DNA from: Candidatus Sumerlaeota bacterium
Lineage (GTDB): Bacteria; Sumerlaeota; Sumerlaeia; SLMS01
Length of the DNA stretch: 64,000 bases
NCBI GenBank assembly: GCA_020848155.1
Contig: JADLAR010000007.1
Span: 32,826 to 96,825, forward strand
Direction of reading: 5' to 3'
Within the stretch, counting starts at the first letter, position 1, and every line of letters begins with the position of its first letter. The notes below the pieces were generated by a model. The model made no database searches and had not been told where the DNA came from. It worked only from the letters and a program-made list of their open reading frames with translations. Position numbers and translations under genes: made by a program. Positions 49,224 to 55,938 of the stretch are shown piece after piece.

Positions 49224-49597
49224 CGCGTTACTCGCCTGAAGATGGAAAATGGCAAATCGGCGCAAAGGCAACATTGCTGATCGCTTTGCGCGAGCGAATG
49301 CTTCCAGAAGAATACGAAGCGAACAAACAAGCATTGAAAAGGTTTCTGTGCGGTTACTTTTCCTCAGGGGAATGCCAATCGCCGCAAGGTAGTTCCATCT
49401 GTCCCGTGAAGGCGACGCGAAAGGGCGGAAAGGTTCTCAAGGTTCGCTGGGCATATCCGGGGTGCGGCAAGAGCGGCAGCCTGCGATTGGTCGTTGTGGC
49501 GTACTGCAAACAACGACGGGTATTTATTGCAAAGGCATTTGATCGCAGAGAAGGTCCCTCAAGTGAGGATATTGTAAATGCCGTTGAGGATCTTTGA
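49217..49597 (+). CDS. RelE/HigB (Gp49-like) family type II toxin
   Basis: The C-terminal ...GCGKSGSLRLVVVAYCKQRRVFIAKAFDRREGPSSED... resembles HigB/RelE (...GGNELRVVAMVFFESQKCYIREVMTHKEYD...; GKSGGYRVIYY...iyLLtiYaKne). It is 126 aa and overlaps the upstream Panacea-domain gene. Confidence 0.5.
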   Translation: MVTRYSPEDGKWQIGAKATLLIALRERMLPEEYEANKQALKRFLCGYFSSGECQSPQGSSICPVKATRKGGKVLKVRWAYPGCGKSGSLRLVVVAYCKQRRVFIAKAFDRREGPSSEDIVNAVEDL

Positions 49598-49863
49598 TAA
49601 TAGAAAAATGAGGATAATGCGTAAGGGAGTTGATAACTATCTCAGCACCCAGCCTATATTCCGATAACGTAGGAATTTTTTCGCACTTTTGGGAACCTCT
49701 GACCTGACTTCATCTGTGCCTTCCTGCTGAGCGACAACCGTTTTCATCTCAGGGCGCGTTTGGCCGTCGTGCGGCGCGTTCGGGAGCACCCGATTCGCGG
49801 CTCAGTGGCGATTTTGTCCCGCTTGTCGCGCGCTGTTCCTGCATCAGGCATGCTTCTCCCTCA

Positions 49864-49888
49864 GGTAGTGTCCAGAGTTTTTCGCACA
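49864..49888 (+). repeat. 25-bp repeat GGTAGTGTCCAGAGTTTTTCGCACA, copy 1 (at the truncation point of the transposase remnant)
   Basis: It is identical to 50987-51011. A related fragment, TTTTTCGCAC-N4-GGAACC, is also at 49677-49697. Confidence 0.7.
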
Positions 49889-50090
49889 TTTGTTTGGGGC
49901 AGACCAGTACAACAATCGCCGGCCGCACTCGGCGCTCGGCTACTTGACTCCGGCGGCGTTTGCTGCCACACAACACGTGCCCAACACGAGCGGAGGGGAG
50001 GCCGGCCCGGCCACCCGCAAGGCCCCTCCTTTTCGTTCAAATGTTGGGGTGGATTCGAACCGGGAAACTCTCATAGCGAGTGGTACATAA
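49869..50090 (+). pseudogene. IS3-family transposase (rve integrase core) C-terminal remnant
   Basis: The translation ...HLFGADQYNNRRPHSALGYLTPAAFAATQH... is the conserved end of the DDE integrase domain (-YN-x-x-RPHS-x-LGY-x-TP). The frame is closed by a stop at 49866, so only about 73 codons remain. Confidence 0.65.
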
Positions 50091-50175
50091 AATGGGGGCA
50101 GGCCACCACGGATCCTGACTGTAATGCGAGCAAAGTTACAAGAGATTCCCTGCAATTTTTGAAGAGCGGAAACAT

Positions 50176-50973
50176 ATGAGACTACCAACCCTCCTTTTTC
50201 TGTCGGCCCTTAGCATCGCTTTCTGTCCCAATCTCGTCTTTGCCGACGATGGTTCAGTGAAAGCTCCTTTGTCCCAGGTAGACTCTCTGACGTCATTCAC
50301 ATCTGTGCGGGAGTTTGTGTATGGTCTTCGCATGAATCCAGAATTCGCACAGTATGCCTCCGTCTCCGGGTCCAGCGAGCAACGCCTGTTCGTTTATGAA
50401 GGCCGGGAGCAGGCATTTGAAAGAGCGAAGGTGACTCCGAGGACTGAACCAATGCGAGGCTTCGACAACACAGTAGAACTTGGTCCACTGGTCAGAAAAA
50501 AACACCAGAAGCAAATCCACTTTAATCAAGCGTTAGGGCTCACCGAGCAGAATTTGAACACGGCATTGTCCATGGCAGCCACCCATGCCACGGTGAATAA
50601 GGAAAAACACTGGATATCCGTATCGGATGCGGATTTGCAAACAGACACATGGCCTCTTAACTGGGAGCTGGATGTGTATGCGGCAAGGCCGTTGACGGCG
50701 GCAGAGATCAATCAGCTTCTTCGCAAAAAATATTTGTGGGATGATGGAACAACCAACACGGCTGCGCGCTATCAATTTGTGAAGAACGAAAACAACCAGA
50801 TATGGGATGGAAATATAAAAGACAAAACGGTTCGCGACCTTGTCTATACCCTGCTCGATGAGAGCCTTAAGGAACGAACAAAGGGCCGGAACATACATGG
50901 TTTTGCATTTCAGATTCTTCCCGTGGACGTTGATTCTTCCGGCGTTATGTCGTGGAATGTTTTGCTGCTGTAG
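50176..50973 (+). CDS. Secreted hypothetical protein (265 aa) in a lower-GC segment
   Basis: It has a signal peptide (MRLPTLLFLSALSIAFCPNLVFADDG). No recognisable domain was found. It is flanked by the 25-bp repeat copies. Confidence 0.5.
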   Translation: MRLPTLLFLSALSIAFCPNLVFADDGSVKAPLSQVDSLTSFTSVREFVYGLRMNPEFAQYASVSGSSEQRLFVYEGREQAFERAKVTPRTEPMRGFDNTVELGPLVRKKHQKQIHFNQALGLTEQNLNTALSMAATHATVNKEKHWISVSDADLQTDTWPLNWELDVYAARPLTAAEINQLLRKKYLWDDGTTNTAARYQFVKNENNQIWDGNIKDKTVRDLVYTLLDESLKERTKGRNIHGFAFQILPVDVDSSGVMSWNVLLL

Positions 50974-50986
50974 TCTTCTGTATGAG

Positions 50987-51011
50987 GGTAGTGTCCAGAG
51001 TTTTTCGCACA
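50987..51011 (+). repeat. 25-bp repeat GGTAGTGTCCAGAGTTTTTCGCACA, copy 2
   Basis: It is an exact direct copy of 49864-49888 and lies 14 bp after the stop of the secreted-protein gene. Its continuation (..CGCACAAAGGAACC) matches the third fragment at 49677-49697. Confidence 0.7.
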
Positions 51012-51207
51012 AAGGAACCTTGAGGTGGTCGACCCCCTTTGGAAAAAACCGGCTCTCGATAAGTTAGTAGTACCCGTCTCACGAGCCCCATGTTGACCAA
51101 CCCCTCTGTGGCTGCGTAGGCTGGCCTTTCACTTCCACTTTGGAGGGCAGATCAATGGCGTCGGATAATGACGTTGGCGACTCATTCAGGGCATGGCGAA
51201 GTGTAGC

Positions 51208-51447
51208 TCACTCCTTCACCCGCTCCCGATTTTTTTCTTCTCCTTCATCCTCTTCCCTGCCGAATTGGTCGTCGAATTCGACGCGGCTGGCGGCGTCGTC
51301 TGCGTCGGTGTCGATGAGGCGTGCGGGACCGAGGGTTTCCTCGAAATACTTCATGAGGTCCTTCACGCGGCGTGGCGGAAGGCCGTCGACTTCGATGAGG
51401 ATTTCGCCCTTCTTTGTGATGCGGACGGTGAATTCTTCCTTCGCCAT
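51208..51447 (-). CDS. Small acidic protein (79 aa), DUF2997-like
   Basis: MAKEEFTVRITKKGEILIEVDGLPPRRVKDLMKYFEETLGPARL follows the DUF2997 pattern (M..ie..I..dG.v.ve..G..G..C.d....le..lG) but lacks the Cys. An acidic tail follows. There is an AAGGGA Shine-Dalgarno-like sequence about 10 nt upstream. Confidence 0.4.
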   Translation of the reverse strand: MAKEEFTVRITKKGEILIEVDGLPPRRVKDLMKYFEETLGPARLIDTDADDAASRVEFDDQFGREEDEGEEKNRERVKE

Positions 51448-51559
51448 GGGGCCGTTTTCCCTTTACCAACGGGCGTGTATCTTTTCTCTTTCACGGCGCT
51501 CTGCAACGCCTTTCGCGCGGGGGCAGGGAGCCAATTCATTCACGGGTGGTACCAAGGCC

Positions 51560-51844
51560 ATGACAAGAGCGGAACTGATTGATATCGTTGCTGAGAAGAA
51601 TCCGGGTTTGACGAAGGCGCAGGTGGCAGAGGTTTACGATGCGATCTTTGATACGATCACGCGGGCGTTGAAGGATGATGAGAAGCATCGTTTCCTGGTG
51701 AATGGTTTCGGGACGTTTGAGTTGAAGCATCGCGCGGCGCGCAAGGGGATCAATCCCGCCACGCGCGAGGTGATCGACATCGCGGCGTCGACGACGGTGG
51801 GCTTCAAGCCGGCGCCGGCATTGAAGGATGCGCTTGGCAAGTGA
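51560..51844 (+). CDS. HU/IHF-family nucleoid-associated DNA-binding protein
   Basis: Its sequence is MTRAELIDIVAEKNPGLTKAQVAEVYDAIFDTITRALKDDEKHRFLVNGFGTFELKHRAARKGINPATREVIDIAASTTVGFKPAPALKDALGK (94 aa). The conserved GFGTF...R.ARKGRNP.T motif is present. The ORF-track 5' extension (from 51140) is rejected. Confidence 0.85.
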   Translation: MTRAELIDIVAEKNPGLTKAQVAEVYDAIFDTITRALKDDEKHRFLVNGFGTFELKHRAARKGINPATREVIDIAASTTVGFKPAPALKDALGK

Positions 51845-51876
51845 GGGGTTGCAGGCAGGTGTGAGAAAAAGGGAAA

Positions 51877-51903
51877 GGCCCCCGGTTCATCGGGGGCCTT
51901 TTG
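51877..51903. terminator. Rho-independent terminator (probably bidirectional) between the HU gene and the convergent downstream gene
   Basis: The stem is GGCCCCCG-gttcat-CGGGGGCC. It is followed by TTTT on the plus strand, and an A-run precedes it (giving a T-run on the minus strand). Confidence 0.65.
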
Positions 51904-51968
51904 AGTTTCCTGTTTTCTTCAGGGCCGGGTGATTTTCCGGCGCCGGGGCCTTCGGCCACAGCTGCTCC

Positions 51969-52550
51969 TTAGTAGGAGCGTGATGTGGGGCCGGAGACGC
52001 TCTTGGATTGGTAGGTGCTGGGGTTGCCGACGGCGGGGTTGCTTGCGCCGTAGTCGACGGCGTTTTCGATGGAGCCTGCGGTGCCCTTGAATTCATCGCG
52101 GTAGAGCGGGAGGCGGTCTCCCCACACGGTGGGAAGGACGAATTCGGGTTCCATGATGACTTGGTAGTCGCTGGGGACGGGGAAGGGGAAGCTGATGATT
52201 TCGTAGGCGCCGACGAAGGTGCGGGCGACGGCGATGACGACGCCCTTGAAGACGCCGAGGACGGTGCCGGTGATGGGGTCGGTGCGGGTCCATTCCTTGG
52301 CGATTTGCTTGGGGATTTCGACCCATCCGGTGAGGACGTTCACGACGCCGCGGCCAAGTTTATGGAACATCTTGTAGATGTCGCTGCTTTCGCGCTCCAA
52401 TTCGGTGGATGCGACGGGCTGGGCCGTGGCGACATTGGTGGCAATGGGGGTGGCGATGACCATGAGTGCCATGATGAGTGCGACCATTGCTTTTGCAAAC
52501 TTGGGAAGGCGAACCATTTCCGTCAAATCCTCCTGGGGAGATTCCGTCAC
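51969..52550 (-). CDS. Small secreted protein, paralog A (resembles the exosortase-system-associated TIGR04073 family; tentative)
   Basis: It has a signal peptide (MVRLPKFAKAMVALIMALMVIATPIATNVATA). The conserved core is KLGRGVVNVLTGWVEIPKQI...DPITGTVLGVFKG...FPFP. The start is probably at the internal Met at 52517. Confidence 0.45.
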   Translation of the reverse strand: MTESPQEDLTEMVRLPKFAKAMVALIMALMVIATPIATNVATAQPVASTELERESSDIYKMFHKLGRGVVNVLTGWVEIPKQIAKEWTRTDPITGTVLGVFKGVVIAVARTFVGAYEIISFPFPVPSDYQVIMEPEFVLPTVWGDRLPLYRDEFKGTAGSIENAVDYGASNPAVGNPSTYQSKSVSGPTSRSY

Positions 52551-52568
52551 AGTGCGGCGCGTGGCCGG

Positions 52569-52961
52569 TTATTGCACTTCGTCGATGAAGGGGAACTCTG
52601 TCCGCTGAATCGACTGATAGTTGTTTCCGTAGATATCAATGGGGAAGGTGACGACGTCAACAACGCCGAGCACGAGCCGCTGGCCGGTGAAGTAGAGGCC
52701 GCGGAAGAACCCCGTAAAGGTGCCGGACGTTGGGTCCGTGTTTTGGATGCCGTGGTTGATTTCGTAGGGAAATTCGACCCAGCAGAATGCGATATTGCCG
52801 ACGCCGCGGCCAAGTTTCGCGAAGATCTTGCTGAAGTAGGTGCTGCCGTACAGGGGGCCCGTGGCGCGGGCGGAGTCTTGGGCGGAGAACATCAGTGCCG
52901 CCACAAGGACCGCGAGGGAAACGGGTCTGCCAAGCTTTTTGAGCAAAGCCTTCATCGTCAT
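52569..52961 (-). CDS. Small secreted protein, paralog B (same family as 51969-52550)
   Basis: It has a signal peptide. The same core is present: KLGRGVGNIAFCWVEFPYEI...DPTSGTFTGFFRG...FPI. Confidence 0.45.
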   Translation of the reverse strand: MTMKALLKKLGRPVSLAVLVAALMFSAQDSARATGPLYGSTYFSKIFAKLGRGVGNIAFCWVEFPYEINHGIQNTDPTSGTFTGFFRGLYFTGQRLVLGVVDVVTFPIDIYGNNYQSIQRTEFPFIDEVQ

Positions 52962-53194
52962 AAACTCCTGAATCGGTCAGGGTTGGACACCGGGACCGGC
53001 TTTCGGGGACGCCTTACGCTTCCCGGCGTCCAGTGGCTGGCGCAACGAAAAAAGGATGGCGCGGTAACGGTCTGGTGCCGGGGCGGAGGGGTATGGGTTT
53101 CTGGGGGGTGATCGTGGAAGAGGAGCATGTGTTGTGGGGAAAGCGCCGGGAATCCTTGGAATTCAGGGGAGGAGGCCCTCTTCCCTGCCTTCGT

Positions 53195-54118
53195 TTACCC
53201 TGCCTTTGCCGTCAGGATCGAGGCTCGTTCGACGGCTTCCTGAAGGCGGGCTTTGTTGGTGTGGGTGTAAATCTGGGTGGTGGCGATGGAGGAGTGGCCC
53301 AGCAATGTCTGGATTTCGACAAGGTCCACGTCGTTGGCGTGGAGCATGGTTGCAAAGGTGTGGCGGAGTTTGTGGGGGGAGAGGGAGGCCTTGGCGATGC
53401 CGGCGATCTCGACGTACTTGTCGACGATTTTTTCGACCATGCGGCCGCTGAGGCGGTGGCCGAAGCGGTTGACGAAGACGGCGCGTTCGCCGTCGGCGGG
53501 AACGCGGTGGGCGAGCCATTCGCGCAGCGCTGATTCGACGTCGGGGTTCATGGGGATCAGGCGTTCCTTGCTGCCTTTGCCGAGGACCTTGATGGATTGG
53601 CTTTCAAAGTCTGCGTCGGCGAGGTTGAGGCCGACGAGTTCCTGGAGGCGCATGCCGCAGAAGGCCATCAGGACGAGCATGGCGCGGTCGCGAACGCCAA
53701 GGGGGCTGGCGAGGTCTGGTGCCTCGAAGAGGCGTTTTAGCTCATTATGGACGAGGTAGACGGGTAGTTTCTTGGGCTGGCGGGGGTTCTGGATGCCGGC
53801 GCAGGGGGTGGCGCCAAGCTGTTGCTGTTCGACGCAGAAGTCGAAGAAGACGCGGATGGAGGAAAGCGTGCGTGCCAGTGTGGTGGCCCGGTATTCCAGT
53901 TCCTCCCGCAGGTAGCGGATGTACTCGCGGATTTCGTCGGTGGTGATGGTATCCGCGCAGAGTTGTTCCACGGTGGTGGCGTGAAGGCGCTTGGCGGCAA
54001 ACTCCGCGAACCTGTTCAGGTCATAGGCGTAGGCGGCGCGGGTCTTGGGGCTAAGGTTCTTTTCAACGCGAAGCCAGGTTTCAAAACGCTTCAGCGAATC
54101 AAGGAACAGGTGCGGCAT
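53195..54118 (-). CDS. XerC/XerD-family tyrosine site-specific recombinase
   Basis: The N-terminal SAM-like domain is FLDSLKRFETWLRVEKNLSPKTRAAYAYDL. The C-terminal catalytic residues are ...R...HKLRHTFAT...LLGHSSIATTQIYTH. Confidence 0.8.
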   Translation of the reverse strand: MPHLFLDSLKRFETWLRVEKNLSPKTRAAYAYDLNRFAEFAAKRLHATTVEQLCADTITTDEIREYIRYLREELEYRATTLARTLSSIRVFFDFCVEQQQLGATPCAGIQNPRQPKKLPVYLVHNELKRLFEAPDLASPLGVRDRAMLVLMAFCGMRLQELVGLNLADADFESQSIKVLGKGSKERLIPMNPDVESALREWLAHRVPADGERAVFVNRFGHRLSGRMVEKIVDKYVEIAGIAKASLSPHKLRHTFATMLHANDVDLVEIQTLLGHSSIATTQIYTHTNKARLQEAVERASILTAKAG

Positions 54119-54312
54119 TGGTGGATCCTCTGCGGGAACGTGTGGAGGGGGGCTGTCGGAACCACGAAAACGCTGGCCGCAGGGTTTTCACACCGGCAAG
54201 AAAAAAGTGAAGGGCTGTGAAGGATGATGGGCAAGGCGGGTGCGTATAGATATCTATACGATTTGCCGCCCGCCAGCGGGTGACGGGCGTCGCTGGCCCT
54301 GAAAACCCGCCG

Positions 54313-55083
54313 TTACAGCGCCCTCCTCAGCCGGCGGGCGGCGATGTCGACGAGGAAAACGCCCAGGGCGATCGTGAAGACCCTGTTGATGAGGGACGCG
54401 CCGGTGCCGGGTGTCTGGCCCGGGGGGGCGATGAAAGGGTTGTGAAAGGGAAAGAACGGCGATGGGGTGCCGTGAAGGGAGACGTAGATTGCGGCTAGGA
54501 GGGCCGCGCCCACGAATCCGCCGGCCCAGGATTGCGGAAGGAAGGTGCTGACGAGTGTCATCACGCCCAGAATCAAGTAGGTGTTGGTGATGAGAAAGAG
54601 GGTTGTTTGGGCGATGGGGAGCGGGGCGGTGGCGAGCTTCGACGCGATGAAGACCGTGGGAACCTGCAACGCGGCGAGGGCGATCATCATGCCCACAATC
54701 TTGAGGCGGAGGAGGACGCGCTCCGACCCGGTGGCGAGCCAGAGGAGTTCGAAGGTGCCGGCCTCGCGTTCCGCACTGTAAAGCGAGGCCCCGCCACCGA
54801 TGGCGGCGATGCCAAAGATGACCTGTAGGATTTCGAAGCTGCCGGCTGTCGTGCCGCCGAAGGCGAAGACAAGGTAGGCTGCGGCGCCGGCGAGGATCAC
54901 GAGCGTGAGGAGGAACTTCCATCCGGCCAGTGCGCGCAGGTTGGTGATGAAGAGCGTGATCAGGTCCCGGCGGTAATGATCCTGCCGCAGCAGCGCGATG
55001 AGGGCGCGTTTCTGTCGAAGCCATTCGGCGATGGTGTTGTGGGGCTGGGAGATCATCAATTGAGGCAGTGCACGGACCAGCAA
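54313..55083 (-). CDS. ABC-2 family (NosY/GldF-like) permease-like membrane protein without an adjacent ATPase
   Basis: It has six predicted TM helices. The motif ...YSAEREAGTFELLWLATGS... matches the ABC-2 permease E-R-E-x-G-T-[LF]-E-L-L signature. Confidence 0.5.
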   Translation of the reverse strand: MLVRALPQLMISQPHNTIAEWLRQKRALIALLRQDHYRRDLITLFITNLRALAGWKFLLTLVILAGAAAYLVFAFGGTTAGSFEILQVIFGIAAIGGGASLYSAEREAGTFELLWLATGSERVLLRLKIVGMMIALAALQVPTVFIASKLATAPLPIAQTTLFLITNTYLILGVMTLVSTFLPQSWAGGFVGAALLAAIYVSLHGTPSPFFPFHNPFIAPPGQTPGTGASLINRVFTIALGVFLVDIAARRLRRAL

Positions 55084-55382
55084 TTCATGCGTCCCAAGGG
55101 GAGGCGCAACCTATGGTCGGTGGTGTCGCCGTGCCCGCCACCGGCTACAAGAGGAAAAGCCTCCGTTCCTGTTCCCATTGGCAGGGCCTCAAGGGTGGCC
55201 GTCATTGAAATGCCGGGCTTCCTGTTTTCCTTCTTCTGTGGCGACCTGTTTTGCTTGCTATTCTTTTCGGAACGAGGCTTGCTGGTAGGTGACTGAAGCA
55301 AAACCGGACGGGCTTGCTTCAGCGATGTGCCCAAAAGCTTCGTCGGGATCGACGGGGCCGAATACAGCAAGGAGTTGTTCTC

Positions 55383-55751
55383 ATGCCGGTGCGAATCACC
55401 TGCCGAAACATGGAGTTATCTCCCGAAATGCATGACAAGGTGGAAAAGAAGGCGCATAAGCTGAAAAAATTCTTCGATAAAGTGGACAAGATAGACATCA
55501 TCTTCAACGCTGAGAAGCATCGTCACATCTGTGAAATCAACGTTCATGCGGGACATTTCAACACGACCGCCATTTGCGAGAATGGGTCGGACATTGCGGC
55601 CTATGAGAAGGCCCTGAAGACGGCGATTCGGCAGATCAAGGAGTCGAAGGATCGCATGATCACCCTGAAGCAGGCGAGTGTGAATCCCGACAAGGGGGGC
55701 AATCGTTCGGGAGGGCGCATGGCGCGGCCGCCGGTTGAGGCGCCGGCCTGA
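55383..55751 (+). CDS. hpf: Ribosome hibernation promoting factor (RaiA/HPF, sigma-54 modulation protein family)
   Basis: Its sequence begins MPVRITCRNMELSPEMHDKVEKKAHKLKKFFDKVDKIDIIFNAEKHRHICEINVHAGHFN... The start was chosen at the Met at 55383. Confidence 0.8.
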   Translation: MPVRITCRNMELSPEMHDKVEKKAHKLKKFFDKVDKIDIIFNAEKHRHICEINVHAGHFNTTAICENGSDIAAYEKALKTAIRQIKESKDRMITLKQASVNPDKGGNRSGGRMARPPVEAPA

Positions 55752-55792
55752 CGGTGGTGGCGGTTTTGCGCAGTCTCTTGCTGGAAAACTCT

Positions 55793-55815
55793 GGCCTCCT
55801 TTCACGGGAGGCCAG
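55793..55815 (+). terminator. Possible terminator hairpin after hpf
   Basis: The stem is GGCCTCC-tttcac-GGGAGGCC. The trailing U-tract is weak (AGAATTGTTG). Confidence 0.35.
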
Positions 55816-55938
55816 AATTGTTGTCATGGGTATTTGCTGCGGCTGGCGTGAAAAGGCAGAATGCTTGGGACGTTTTGCCATTGCCGGGAACAATGAGGTG
55901 CGCAAGATCGTCACAAATGCTGGAGGCTGCGCCGAGAG

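Noticed and set aside
50040-50056. A tRNA-like T-arm sequence GGATTCGAACC (the reverse complement of GGTTCGAATCC).
   Set aside because: On the minus strand the loop TTCGAAT is canonical, but the flanking bases (cccgg / ccacc) form at most 2 bp of T-stem. No acceptor or anticodon arms can be drawn. The segment lies inside the reading frame of the IS3 transposase remnant (…NVGVDSNRET…).
51140-51559. A 5' extension of the HU ORF to 234 aa. It overlaps the minus-strand small acidic gene.
   Set aside because: HU-family proteins are about 90-95 aa. The extension is Ser/Arg-rich with no similarity. The internal Met at 51560 gives a full-length HU.
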